From Marsupella aquatica (lineage: Eukaryota; Plantae; Marchantiophyta), in contig OZ316892.1 of assembly GCA_973895155.1 (NCBI GenBank), positions 8,167,251 through 8,231,250 of the forward strand: a stretch of DNA of 64,000 bases. Direction: 5' to 3'. Positions within the stretch are counted from its first letter, which is position 1. Each line of letters starts with the position of its first letter. A program made the translations under genes and the position numbers. The notes below the pieces were generated by a model. It searched no databases and was not told where the DNA came from. It saw nothing but the letters and a program-made list of their open reading frames with translations. Positions 38,022-53,000 of this stretch are shown here, one piece after another.

Positions 38022-41000
38022 TTAGAAGTATTGGCTCAGGTCTTCACCACTTAGATCCTCCAAAAACTTCACTACCTCCTGGGTCTTCGCTACAACCATC
38101 AAATCTGTGTCTTCCAGCAACTCGGCGAGGAATGGAATGGTTTCTGGAAGAAGTACAAGATATTCCTCCTTCAGATGCTCAGCTAGGAACTTCACCACTC
38201 GTAGACCCAGCAAGCGAGTCCTTCCATTCTCCACGCGAGTACACATCAAGACCTGCCAAGGTGCAGAACATAATAGTGTCAAGGTACACACACAAGCAGC
38301 CAGACAAGAGTTGACCAGGCCAACTGAATGGAAATGTGAATGTTTTCGTATAATGGACATCTCCTGCCATTAACGGACAGTAGGCCACGTAGGCAACCAT
38401 GCAGGTGATGCTGCTATCTAGTGGAATATACCGATTGCTGTTCGCAGAGCACTCATTTCAGATTGAGCATAACAAAATTAGTCGTGTTGAGCATCACAAT
38501 CTTGAATTAGTGATACCATCAAAGAAGGGATTCATAAAAGCGTTGTATGAAGCAAACCTCGTGGTTAAGGGGTTTCCAAAGGAGATCTGTTCCTGCAGTT
38601 AAAGCCATCTGGCCCAAACAAGATACGAGTGTATCGTCCATCTCCTGAAGACTTGGAGTGTCTGCAGCTTCTCCTAGCTTGAGCATTGGAACTTCAGTTG
38701 GTACTTCTACAACAAGCTGGGAAACAATAGGTGCCAGCAATACCTGCATATGGAGGTGACAGCAACCAAGAAGTGAGCAGGGATTCCATTGCGAAAACGT
38801 ATCAGTAGAATGTCAAGAGCCAACCGTCCCTAACCTCCATAAGATAACTGACTGATTCAAGAAACCAGCAATACTGCTAGGAAGGAATTTCAGAAGATAT
38901 AAACCATGCAATGCTCGAAGTTCATTACCTGGAATTTAGGAGCATCCAGAAAGCCAATGGTATCATACAAGAAGCACTGGTGGAGCGATGACAAAATGAG
39001 TTGTCGAAGATGCCACTCTGAGGGACTCAACGTCGCTTTTTGGTCTTCATTTACACTCTGTTTTTTCTTCTTCTTCTTCGGTTTCAGAACCTCAGGCTCC
39101 GACAGTCCACCCGTAAGGTGATACACGCATCCCTTTATCAAGTACTGAAGATATGGAACAAAGACCGATCTGTGTACATGCCCAAAGACTGACGATTAGA
39201 AATACTAAACACAAATTCCATTCAAGTTTCTAATCTTAGCACCACTTTGCGCCGCAATCCACCCATGAAGGGAGGGACTAAGTAGATTGACTGGATCTGC
39301 TCACAAGTGAAGTTATGCCTTCAACATTTGTAATTCGGTTCTAATTTAAAAAGGTCCTTGAGACCGATCTAGCGAAGGTTATCTCCACGACCTAGTCATT
39401 GCATGTCTGAGATGAAACACTCCATTCCACATTGAATAAGTACCTAACATTAGACTGGACACTAAGCTTGAATATGATTACTGGATGCGAAGTCAACTCT
39501 TAAAAGGATCTTGAAGAGGCATAATTTGTGCGTGTTTAGTACTCCCCAAAATACTTCAATCCAAGCTCCACGTTCTGACCTGAGTTTTGATGTAAGCTGA
39601 GTTACAAGCTTGTAGAAGACTATGTTTCGATCCACACTCTGGCTTACAAACGATCCGTCTTTGGTTTCTGTTTCTGATTCTGCCCATTCCAGAATCTTCA
39701 CAAACAAAGGTTTGAAAGAAGTTTCACTGAGTTTCATGACCAGCGAAACAACCGCATTGACAACTGCCGTTTCCACCTTAGATACTGATTGAAGTGTGCT
39801 GACATCTTTGCCACGAAGGTCAAATGCAGTCAAGCAAAATTCGAAAATTCTTCCATGATAGGCTGCCACTGAGGGTCGGTCTGCCTTCGCTGTGATAGCA
39901 GCCAGCATGTCAAAGAGGGCACAGATGGAATCGTCCCCTGCTTCTAATGCACTCCCATATATGCTCAGCAATGGGTCAAGCAGCAGACGAGCCTGGAGAA
40001 AATTCATTGACTCCAAGTCAGTTCTACAGCGAATAAATAAAAGAACCTTAACCATTGTATCGGGGAATCAAACTACACCACGTTCTTCATGAGACTCAAC
40101 CCGTGGATAATTCTTGGTTTTAAGTCTACTACACTGTTGCTAATTTGGCGATAACGACTTTCAAAAATAATTTATATCATCACAGTCCAATCCCGATGCC
40201 ACATGGTCAGAAACAGCAGAGCTGGTAAGCACATGTGGGAAATAAACTCATACCGGTATCCTCGTGGGCAGGAGTGTTCGCACAGTGGTTGCCCTTCTGT
40301 GGATCTCAGTATGTGAATGCATTATGAGATGACGCCGTAAGAGAACCAAACCGACAATTTTCTCCAAGTACGGTGTTAGAAAAGCTCCCAATTTGTCTAA
40401 CATGGCTTCCAGAGCCTCTAAAATGGCAATTATTAGCTCCGCTTGTTCAACAGTGTCATCGCCATCAGGAACACTGTCATCATCTCCTACACCTGGCTTA
40501 ACTGCCAAAGCCTGCTCAGCAATGTCAAGGAGTGCGGAGACAGTGTCTGGCAAAGCAGGCAATGCAAGAGGGCCCAACTTGGCTAGAATAGTGGCCATGC
40601 AACGCACAGCGGCTGCACCCAAGGCCCTGTTCTTCAACTGAAGATTGGTGACAAGAGCTGCCAGAGAGGAGACAAATACGTTTGACGCTTTCTCAGCAAA
40701 TCTTTGAGCAGACACATTTAATGCATCAATTGCTGCCAGCTTTGTGCTGACAGATTGCTCCTCGCTATTTCCAGTTAATAGACTGGTGATATCTTTAACA
40801 ATCTCGACTCGAAGCTCGAGCTCCTCGTCAGTGAGGTGCTCATCGTCCGCGGAAGCCACATTCTGTCGTTTCTTCTTTGTTTGCCCTACCAGGATTGGTT
40901 TGCTCAATCCCTTAATTTTTGAGGAATACATCCGTAAGACCTGCACATGGGAATCAGGGTCGTATTATTCCACAATCTTCTGGATACGCATCTTTCAATT

Positions 41001-44000
41001 GCAAGGTTTTCATCCGTTTCCCAGTGCGGTAAATATACTGCCACGACATTACGAAATCTATACCAAAATTTTCAGTTCGTTGATATGAGATCTGAAATAG
41101 ACGTAACTATCTGAATCTTCCTAACAACAAAGCCGTAGAGCCAGACTTCATATTTCTGCAATCCATTCGGATCCGCACATTGTCCACTTATGCATTAGAT
41201 GTCTCTATTAATAGGTCAACATCAAAGCCACACTAATCACATGCAAGTTACCATGTTAGGGCCTGCATCCATCTAACGCACAGCCCACGTCCCTAGAAGT
41301 GGTGACAATTAATGTCATTATTGACACCTCAGGCATTAAGGTACAAGGTAAATTAAGAATTACGCTTTCTATCACGGGCAGTAAGAGACTGGAGGGATTG
41401 CCCTATAAACGAGCAAAATACAAGCATACATCTCTCAACTTATACCACGAGGCTTACCTTTCGTCGCATATTTGTATCTGAATGCTTCATTAACGAGCCG
41501 ATACCCCTAATGTACTCTGTTGAAGCCATCACAAGAGTCAGTCCATCTACGACAGAAACTGCTGCCTCTTGTGCACCTTTCTTGAGCTTTGTTGGCAGAG
41601 TGTCACTTCGAGTGAGAGTCTGAAGTTGCAGAAGTACTTGCTCCATGAGAGCCACATACGATTTCTGCACAGAAGGCGATTTATTCAGAGTAAAGAAGAC
41701 GTCCAAACCAATCCTTCCCCAAGATTGAGACTCCCATCCTCGCAAGTTCATACAATTGAACACCACTTGGGAAGTCCCAATGCTTTCAAAGAACATGTGC
41801 TCAGACCAGTTTTATCACAGATAGACGAAATGAACTTGAACTTTGTTTGTCCTTATACTGACCTGCAAAGAATCTGAGCTTGCAGTAAGTTGGCCTCCAA
41901 CGCCAAACTCCGAACCTTGTAGTTGATTTGCAACGAATTGAGTAGCTAACTGCTGAAGTGCCCATGCCTGCCGCCTTGACGACTTATCAGGCGACACAGT
42001 ACTGTCAAGCATACTATCCACCTTTATTATATCTAACAGCCTTACCATGGCAGGTAATTTGACACCAGGGGAATATTGCCGAAAAAGAGTTGCTGCGAAC
42101 TCTAGCTCTACGCCCTCAAGAGGCTTTGTGGTGTCGTCTTTAAGTTCCCCATTTGCCAGGATACCCTCTCGTCCAGATTCGTCGGTTCTCAATGAATCTC
42201 TGGCTTTTTGTAGAAGTAAGAAAATATAAACATGAAGACCCACCTCTTCTGAGGTCACTCTGACATACGACAACACCGTTCAATCGAGTGAGCACTCTGA
42301 AGCCGTACCTGACCCTTTATTGCATTAGGAAGGCATTCCCTAGAGAAAGCTTGCAACTAGTGCAGAAACAGAGATTATGTAACCGTCTGAAACTCAAATT
42401 CGATTCCAGCAACATTACAGTACACCCAACATTACAATCAGCCATCTAGAACAAGCTGAACCGCATGGCCCCGCCTGTGGTACAATCCTTGCCACACACT
42501 ATACTCAGAAAGCACGAGGCTATAATTCTCATAACGCAGTGATTCGCAACAGAGTATGAATCATTCTTGGCCTACCTCAAAAGATTTGTGATGGTGGCCA
42601 TTCTACGATGAGATGGGATACGAGGGAGCGCACTAACAAATATCTGCGGGATTACACGAAAAATTAACATAATTTCCTCTTTGATAGCAATAAAGACATA
42701 TTGGCCACGAGAATACACAATTCCTGGCGAGTTGACTCTGTAAAAATCATCTTCCTGTACAGATGAGGAGTACGAAGGAATCTATTTACCTCAAGTAATA
42801 CCGTGGGATCTTTCTCCACAGCCAACCATCCTGGCACAACTGCTGTCAACATCTGATATACAACTTGATGTGAATGACTATCATCCTGCACATTAGCACC
42901 AATAATTGTGCCATGGTAAAATGCTTAGCATCAGTATCTCAAGTCAGTACTCATAACAACCATATCCATCAGTTCTTTAAATTGCTCGTGTCCGCCAATA
43001 AGAAGGCTGAAGCGGCAATGAAACACCCAAACACAAGATTTTGGATGCGAACCTGAGTAAGGGTAGATTCACCAACAACAGACAGTACGTCAATAAGATG
43101 CTTCAGAACAGCATCTGGAATCAACGTTCCTAGGGAGGTTAACAAAGCGAGCGCATGGTTCCTTGTTGTTCCATCCTCTGCCTTGTTAACAGATATAACT
43201 ATCGTGTCAACATCAACACCCAAATCTTTTATCAAATCCTGCAAGATGGCACAGGAATGTCAGGAACCTAGCACGATACTGTTACATGAATTTCTAAGTT
43301 ATAATGGGGTTCTATGAACTTCAGGAGAAGAATACTCTAGATGCTCGTAGAATGAAGCCATTTTATACCTGCTGAAGCCCTCTTTACGACATGCACCAAT
43401 CAAACATTTAAGAGGAAGATAGAATCCAATCCTGTACCTTCTGATCGGTCAATTCTAGTGAAAGGGACCTGACAATTCTTTCAAGAATCATGAAAATCAG
43501 GTGTTGTGCATTGAGCACAACTGCAGCTTGTGATAAACCTCCTTTTGTAGGATTTCCTTCCGTAACGACTACTTCATCAATGCCAACTTGAGGCCAGACC
43601 CCACCAATAATGGCTTTTAACAATTTGAACAGTGGTGCAAGTAGCCCTTCTCTAAACTCCCACGTATGAACAGAAACAACCACAACAGGTGGTCACGCAG
43701 AGTTAGATTCAAGTAAACGTTGTCAAAAAGGAAGTTTGAATCTGAAATTGCGAGGTGAATACACAAGAGGGTCTGAACGTACAGTTCTACAAGGCAATAT
43801 TCCTGAATGGGGACAGCAAGACAGAAAAAGTTGCAAACGCAAAATGAGCTACAGTAGGCAAATTCCTTGACAAGCAAACAGGTGCATCCCATACCTTCTT
43901 ATCATGTCCGACTTCCAAAGCAGGAACTCCAGTATGCTGGAAGCACTTGGGAGCAACTTGCCTTCGACTGGCCACCTGTCATGGTCACTAATTTTGTCGT

Positions 44001-47000
44001 TCCCGGTTGCTTTTCTCCTCTTTGTCCTCCTCTCATTGTTACTTGCTTTCGAACCAACCTCCAGTACAAGGTCTAGATGCCGTGCTACGGTTGATGCTCT
44101 TATCTGTGAAATTCCATCCAGCCAGGACAACGGGTCTACATTATTTTCATCATGTGGCGAACATAGCTATGCTATTTAGAGTATAACACGTTAAGATAAC
44201 ACATAAAACTTGACCAATCCACTGAGATGAGATATGTTCTAACATTAACAATAAAGGGCCAACCGGACGACCATTCACCTAGGCACTTCCTTGACGACTT
44301 CTGTTTGATGTTTTAGTTAGTCAATCAGTCAGGGCTGGCTGGACAGGCATGATTAATTAACTAGTTCATAACAAGTTAAAAGACAATTGGAGCCTAATGC
44401 ACATAGTATTGCCCCCTATGCAAAACCTCGAAAATTTCCTGCATGGGCAAGAATATTTCGAGAATAATGTATATTACCTTCTGAGATCTGGATTTAATGA
44501 TGATTAAAAAAGTCTCAAAATTACAAAATGAATGTTTCGTGGTTGTGATCCGCGAACCTAGTTCTACTACCGTATCAATTGGGAGATGATAGATACACAT
44601 TGAGCCTACTTCCAGACAGCAACAAATTGGGACGTAAGCAACATACAAGGGAGAACATTGGTAGGGAAATATTACACAAATTAGAGAAACAAACTGGACA
44701 AACTTTTAAGACAATTTCCTACTTCCAAGAAACAAGGAAAAGCAACACAAAAAACTTGTACCCAAGATTAGAAAAGTAGGGTCCTACCTGTAAGGTTCTC
44801 AACGATGCGTTTGCTGAAGAGCGAATAGTCTCACTGTTGGCTGCAGAGAGCGATATCAAGGATTGAAAAACAACATCCTGCAAACGAGAGACAAGTGGTT
44901 AGATACAAAACTGGAGTGGAAAGAAGTTGAGCAAAGTTGATACAAATGTTGAGAGGTTACGTCGGAAGTTTATGCTGAGCTACAAGTTCTTTGGGACACA
45001 GTCCAAGACATCGAGGAAGCAAACCTTCAGAGCAGATGTGTTTGATCAATAACTCTTCCAGGATAACTCAAGAGAATACACAGCAGTTGCCCAACCTGAG
45101 GTCCAGAAATATCAGTTTATTCTAAGCTTGCCGAAGATAGTTGTTATTAAATGAATGTAACAACGAGACAAACCTGTCCATCGACGCCAAGAGCTGTGTA
45201 AAATTCCGGCGTCAGGCACTTCAGTGCCGCGAGACAAGGTTGCAGAACTGCAGGGTCCACCAATGATCCCCCGTCAACCTGTAATTTTTGCCAGAACAAA
45301 CGAATTTTGTCAGGAAAGCCATTCAAGAACGACCTACGATGATGTGATTAAAGAGTCCCATTAAATAAGTTGACGGACAAGAAATCACTCAACGGCCCAC
45401 AAATTAGCGATTCCGCAAATCAAGCCGGGTAATAAACATCACACACTTTTGAGTGAGGACCACAATTATCAACACCGAACGCTAGACACCGCTACATGGC
45501 AACTACGGTCTCGTTGACAAGGAATACGTTTTCTCACTTTCAAGAAGAGGATGTCTGCAGAGAACCTTGGAACAATAATATTTGATTTTAAAGTCGGCAG
45601 ACATGCAAATCACGAATGGTGACCAACGCGACTTCAACCAAGAAGGCAGGGAAAAAGAAACAATACGACCCAGAAAAGTGCACAGCCTCATCGAGTTTTG
45701 GTGATTGGGTAATCCCGCATATGCAAACTCATGTATGCAAGAGTCAACATAATCCGTAGACACGGAAGGACAACAACTTCTTACCTTAAGGCAATGAAAG
45801 AATGAGGACAATAAGCCCTCCCCACTGCCAACTGGAGCTTGAGCAGTCTCTGCTGCCAAACTTGGCGTATACATCTGCCGTCAACAGCACTACTGAGTCC
45901 AAGAATGCCAAGAGAATACGGTACAGACTAAAATATAGCGCTACAGTTCATCAGAGGCTACATCTGAACGGTTCATCACATATAAACTTGTCAAAACGGC
46001 GAAAGCAACAAGTATTTCCTTGAGGAGAAACTAACTTGTAACAAAACTTCCAAGAGCTGCACTTCAGCTTGTGTCAGCCTCTCATATGGTCCATCTGAGG
46101 AGCCTTGAAGATGAGCCAGCTTTCGTCGCTCCACAAGCCCATTGAGCCTTTCTTGTGTTGCAGGGACAAGCCCAGAAGAATGCCCCATCCCTTGAAGTAC
46201 TTTGAATACCACCCTCTGCATTAGACAATTCCCACAAAAGTGCTTTGTAAAGAAGTACATGGATTGAAGAGTTTATAGATCACTTATCAATGATTCCGTT
46301 GCGCGCTAGAGCTAACTGGATCACATCACAGCTCAATTTCTCAGCACTACATAAAACTCACAAACAACAGGCATACTTAAGTAGTACGAGAACGACTAGA
46401 ATTGCATGAAAGTCTTCGATAGATACCTCTCCATAGACAGTCAAATGAATTGCCTGGTCGACAAAGAGCCTTATTATTGAGCGATGTTCATCTGTATCAC
46501 TGCCATTAATTGGAGCAAACCTGAGCTTCCGTGCAAAATCAGATATTGAAATCTCACTGGGTACAAGAGTAATAATCCTGGGAGTTGCTAGTGTATTCGC
46601 TTTATTCTTGCTAGGAACATGCAACATTTAACAATGGGTTTCTAAAGCTGGTTCCAGAGACAAACAAAGGAGTGAACAACCGAACGGGAACGAATGTGTG
46701 GGGAAGTGCATAAATGCGCATCCTCTGCACCGGGTCATGAGTTGAGCAGACGGAAGGGGTCGTCCGCGATGAAAGACTTCCCCAGAAAAGGCTCAAAAAA
46801 TGTTTATTCGTTTATTTTATCCATTTATTAGAAAGAAATATCAACAAATTGACCTGGTTACGAAGAGAAATAGTCACAAACCCAGTCATGGCTTCGTTAA
46901 TTGACTCTTCGATGATACCATATTTTTCTTTCCACAACTCCTCCAGATACGTCCCATTTGATATTAGTGCGGCCTTAGCTCCTATGAGAATCGCAAGGAT

Positions 47001-50000
47001 CTTTCCAAAACATATTGGATTAAGAAGTGTTTGATCCAAATCCTTGGTACCTGTAACAAATAAGGAAGATCTCAAGGTGAGCACATCTCTATGTCGGTAT
47101 GACTGATATAAAGGCAGGGTGAGCATGTAATTCCTAAGAGAGATCCCGTTGATCATTGAAGAGCAGGAGAGCACTGTTTGAGGTGCTGACTTGAAGACCA
47201 AATGACCCGTTTCGAAATACAAGAAGATCACCGTTGCGCTCATTAACCTGATGTGAACGTGCATTGTGGACAATGCTGTACAAACTGCAAAATTTGTCAA
47301 ACGGAAAGCCAAGACAAATGTTCACGCCAAATCCAGGCCAAGGCCAGCCGTAGACAAAATACCTTCTTGTCCTGAACTGTGCTTGTCCCATGCACAAGAC
47401 AAATCCTCCACGCAGTGAATGGCACTTCTGCGAACAGCCTGACAAATAAATGTACATTAGAAACCAGTTCAACTAAACGTTAATGCTCAAAGTTTGCCGA
47501 AGAAACCTCGACAAAAAAAACGAAATTCTTTCAACACCTGCAGACCTAAGTCCTTATTCAATGAGTCTGAAAAGAACTAAAAAAGAGCCATCTTACACAC
47601 CAAGATATTCTCCCCGGGTTCTCTTCTTCTGCTAAGAGACGGTAAGTCAGATGCCAACCTTAAGGGGACTTGCCAAGGCCACAAGTAGAGGAGGAAGAGC
47701 AGATTGCAGATGTTTAAATATGTTGCGATCAATTTCTTTGGAATTCAATTCCACCATGGTTACCAGTTGAGAAGCCAATGCATTCAAACTATGAACTTGA
47801 ACAAAAGCTGGAACCGCTGACCCTGAATAAGACGCACAGTTCAGTCAGCTCAGGAAGTCACTCCGTGCTTGCACGTCTTCAGAAAGTTTAAACTAGCCTA
47901 CTTCTTTACCACAAAGATATGAATTTGTCTGACTTGTGAGACTAACGAAACATGGCAGAAGAGGACATCAGCAAAAACGGAAAAGGAGAGGAATTCTGAG
48001 TCCTTTCGAACCTTCTGTGATGACGAACTTGGATAAAAAAGGTACAGTGTCTGCAGCTGGGAGTCGACTCAGAAGAAGGTCAACGTGGGGTGTAAACACC
48101 TTCACTGATGAAGAACCAGCAAAGAGCACAAAGAGCTCATTCAATGGGTCCTGCCCTCCATCACTCTGATTCTGGAATCAAACATATAAATATATATCAT
48201 TAGACACATCAAAGAGGAAATATCATTCGACCGCATATGAAGGACTTGTTCTCTGCGCACCTATCAAATAAGTTGCTTTAGAAAATTTTCATTTGAAGCT
48301 ATCAAACAATTGCTTCCGGATTCACAGATCTTACTTCTTTATTTCAACAGATCCAAGACAAAGGATTACTATATATAGATTTTATAAGGTCCAGACAAAC
48401 CTCGAGCTTCATCGTCTTCGTGCAAGGTACACACATTACCAGACCGTAGAGTGCACGAAGCAAAAGCTCCGTATATCCAGTTTTGGACTTAATATCCAGT
48501 TGATGGTAGAACTCAAGTGGAATAGAGTTTAAATCATTCCACTTGGTGTAATCGATCTGGCAAGCAACACCACCCCGAAGATTAAAAATAAATCGAAACG
48601 AAGTCAATATTCTTCTCATTCGTGATTCAGTTGTCGGTTGCCTGAGCTTGAGGTGTCTAGAAAGTGCCAGAGAGCTTCCGTCAAGGTCCCCCACTTGACT
48701 AAGAATTTTCGACTTAGAGTGGGCATCAATCCGACCAAGTATCTAGCTGAAATTTGAGCCTCTGACGAGCTTGTGAAAAAGAGTAAAACTGCCCAGTGCT
48801 TTTGACAGTATCAGGAAATACCAACTCAAATAAGTGGGAGGCTTTCGTGAAACTCATCACTTTGAATGAGCGGATCAAATAAAGAGGTACACAACACAAC
48901 TTTTACCGTTTGCAGTTCAGCTGATGAACTCTTCCCTGGTCCTTCAATTGCCCATTCATCTCTCAGCCACTGAAGGCTTGCATCAATCAGTTCAGTGCTC
49001 GTCGCTGGAGAGATATGCCAATTCAAATTGTGAGAAAAATCACAGGGAAGATTTTAACCACAGATCCCGTATTAGGGCAAAGTACATAATGTACGGCATG
49101 CTACATACTGTCCAAAACCGCAAAAGAGCCCCGGTGAAAGCAAAGGTGCGAGAAGGTGTAATTTGATGTGAATCTAAGCTAGATAATTGTGTGTAGTCTG
49201 ATCACTTCGATTACAAACTCCAGGGTATACTAAACCAGATAAACCGATATTGTTTTTGTGAATTGAAGGAGATGCATACCTTCAGAGTGTTGATTGAGAC
49301 ACTCAAGGAGAATAAGAACCACCAGGAGTTTTGAGTGTTCATTTAGGCTTGATTTGAGTAACAAAGGCGCCAAGGCAGCAGTGTCAGTTAACAATTTGAA
49401 CGCCAGACTTTTTATGATCTTGGCGTTGATTGCTATTTGCCAAAGTCTCCGTTTATCCTGCAGGCCACAGAAAACATAGCAAGTAGGCTGTTTACACGAC
49501 TTATAAAATATCACCCATGGATCAACTCGAAATTACAGAAAATTTAGAATATTCTTCCAGTTTGGGAAACCACACACTAAATGCATTGACACCCTATACA
49601 AAGAAAGAAAGGAAACGAGTCCAACTAATTGAAGTAGCTAAGGATTACAATTTCTAGTTCTGGTCTTGCTCTTTCTCTTTTTTTGCAAAGTTGATTTATT
49701 TTCATATGAATTTACTTGTTTTTTTTCGTTCGTGGGGGACCAAGCCGTTCGTGTATTTGCTTATTGAACGTATTGTCTGGACAGCTCCGAATTGTACTAC
49801 ATGCTGAAAAGTCACAAATACACACCTTTGATTTGGCACCCTCCTCATCTGCGCCAAAAGGTGTTTCCTCGTATAGACTAGAAAGGTCTGCAAATAGATG
49901 GAAGGGTATAGTTCCTGCTACTCTCAAAATTAACCTGTTGAGCCTCCAAGTCTGCACAAACATAGGAGAATAATTTTTAAACCGCTACAAAACGATACGA

Positions 50001-53000
50001 TCAAGACAAAAGTTCACTCAACGGAAAACTCAAAGGTGCAAATTCTACTTGGAAGCAAACCTGACTAGGTCTTACCAATGGCCGTTGCAGTAAATTTTCC
50101 AAAAATAGAACAGCCACCTGCTCCAGGTATCCTGGGTATTGGGCTAGGAATTTAGTCGCCAAAAGTTCAACCACCAATTTACTTGTAACCTTAACATCCC
50201 CTTTTGATCCAGACCCTGCAGATCGATCAGAACCATTATGGTTAACAAGGCAGTAACAGTAGCCGCAAAAAGTCTTCATGGCCAGTGCACTTGGGTAAAA
50301 ATATCCGACATATTGATCAAACCGTCTTCAGCAGAAAAGCACAAAGTTGTCCACCTGCCACCAATTCGGCATGACATCTGGAAATAATCGAAGCCAGAGC
50401 TGCGAAGAGGCGCTCTGCTGGAAGAACCTCCACTAAGTTGTCCGCTAGAAGTACTGTACATACTACATTATAATCATCATCGCTAAGTCGTCGAAGAAAT
50501 GCCTCACGCAACACAGCATACACCTGCAATCATGTCAAGATTTCCAGAAGGAAAAGGATTCCCGAGTTTAGAGCTCTAAATTTTCGCACTGGAAATCACA
50601 AATTGAGATGAAGTTGAGGGTCTTGAATCACCCATGAACATTATCAAGACCTGATAAGAGTGACTTTGCTGCAAATTTTAACTTTTGAGGTTGGAAACTA
50701 GAACTTCTCACACGACTCCTTCCTACAGAAACAGACAAGGTCAACAGAACTTCTCAGCAGCTAAGTCACCTCAGCTCCTTCCTTAAGTTCTTGGGCTGCT
50801 GCTAGCTTAGAAAGCTGCTTGATTGCTATCTCCCGAATAGAAGCCTGTAGCACACAAGATCTCAATGCAAAACCATAAACAGGATCAGACCTTTCCACTG
50901 AGAGAATCTATCAAAACCATACAACTCGAGAATGGCCACCAAGAATCAGTGTCGTCAAGCTATGACTTAGCATGAGACAAACAAAGTAAACCCCATGTGA
51001 AAGAAAAAAACCTAATTAACTCCAGTTTGCTCCAGACGGACACAGTAAATTCACAAAGAGCTGAAAATACGACAGAGTAGCAGCTCGCCTTGGGGTGTGA
51101 TGCAAGGCAAATGCATATAACAAAGGGTCATGAGCACATACCTGTGGATGGTCAAGGGAAAGATATAGGCTCATATGCGTCTCTTCGAGGGGAATACGCA
51201 AACTCCCATGGAAGACGTCAGATAAAAAGACAAATGCTGGATCTTCTTTATTTGTCACTTCTTGGACTTTCGACTGCTGTCAATTGCATACAAAACAATT
51301 GTTAGGGTACAACGAAAAGATCAGAAGGAGCTCCATACATTGCAGTACATAAACTCTCTTGTGACAGTTGCTTCTTGCTATAAAATAGAATAGAAATTAC
51401 CTGGAAGTGTAAAGTAATGGCTTTGTCCAACTCGGCTGGAAATCTCTTCTCCACAGCGAGGAGCACCTTCTTGACAAGATTCCCTTCAAAAAGCCAGAGA
51501 GAGAAATTATTTAATCAAGGAGCAGATATCATACAAGATTCATATTCATGAAATGTGATAGCGTCGCCATTGGAAATCCCATTGGATTCATGTCTCTAAT
51601 ATCAGGCTCCGAAGAGATTGGCATCTTAAAAAGATCAATAGGTCGCACCCGCCTCTTAATATCTGATAACTGGATCCAACCATTACGAAGGATGTCATAT
51701 GCAAGAACCGGGATTCTAAACCTGACTGATAGTTTCATCTTTGCATTGAAAGTTTACAAAGAAGACGAGATCGACCTGATGGATAGTTAGGTTTAACTTG
51801 ATGCACGCACAACTAGACGCATTGAAATTTTCTGTGTTCTATACATGATACCAGCAAACTATGAACAGCATTGCAAGGCAATGCATGTGCATCATGAACA
51901 GCGATCTACTCACTTGATTTGAAAGAGTCTGCTTGGCTTCCGTTTTCATCACCCTCGCCGAAGCTTATTTCCAAAAGCCTCAGCACAGATGGGACCACCT
52001 GACTTCCCACCGGAAGAAACTTGATGACATCAAATAGGGCGCGCTCGTACTGTTCATGAATAACTCTGTTGCAACAGCTTTTGCGTGAGAAAGTATCCAC
52101 GTTATAGTAACTTGATGAAAGCGAAAGAAGAGGAAACCAGAAGATGGAATCAAACGGGTCTTACACATGCTCGACGAGAACTTGGACAAGGATTGTCAAA
52201 AACTTTTGAGTGTCAAATTTTTTCACCAGCTCAGTCAAAATTGGTATGAAAACCCTGCAACACAACACATAGAGGTTCATACGCTGTTCAGTTGATACAT
52301 CACAGGCAACATGAACAATTCCGATTGAGCTATCGATAAGCAACATCTTCACTTGAAATCAAATTTTCGATTTGATGTCATCGTGCGTATTTGCATATAA
52401 TCTTTTGAATGTGCTGTCATCATGCAAATTTGCACATAATCCCCCAGCAAGCAAGATTTAGGGACTATTGAAAGATGTGGCGAACAATCTTTTATTCCGG
52501 CCATTTGATGCGACAACGAACGCAGGTCGCTACCTGACTTTCACTAGTGTCTTGAACGATTTAGATTGGAAGGGCTGAACTTGTTGCGTCTGCAAGAGCC
52601 AACACCAAAACAAATATCCCTTAGAGGTAGTACAGAATACAATTTGTATCATCCTTGCAAACATTTGAGACTCACAAGCTCACCACGTCCTAGCTGCGTG
52701 GGAACGAAGGTAACCCGAACTTTGTCAAACCTCCAAGACAAAAATGGGTGACGGTCCATTAGAACATTTAATTTCGGCAGTACTCATAAGGCAATGTGCA
52801 CACATGAGAGCTGAAGGGATGGTAATACCTGCACCAGCTGGATCAAGACCATAATATGAAGTTGCAGTACAGATTGTCCTTCACTATCTGACCCCCTTTG
52901 AAAAGCTTTAGAGATGTAATCAAACAACGATTCCACTAGTGAAGGGGCCAAAGAGCAGCTGTTCGCTAAAGCACCTATTATCATCAAAGCTCCAACCTGG

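Noticed and set aside
44280-44440. Possible micro-exons in a UTP10 intron
   Set aside because: The flanking exons (ending 44788 and starting about 44103) join in phase without them, and nothing in the sequence supports their use.
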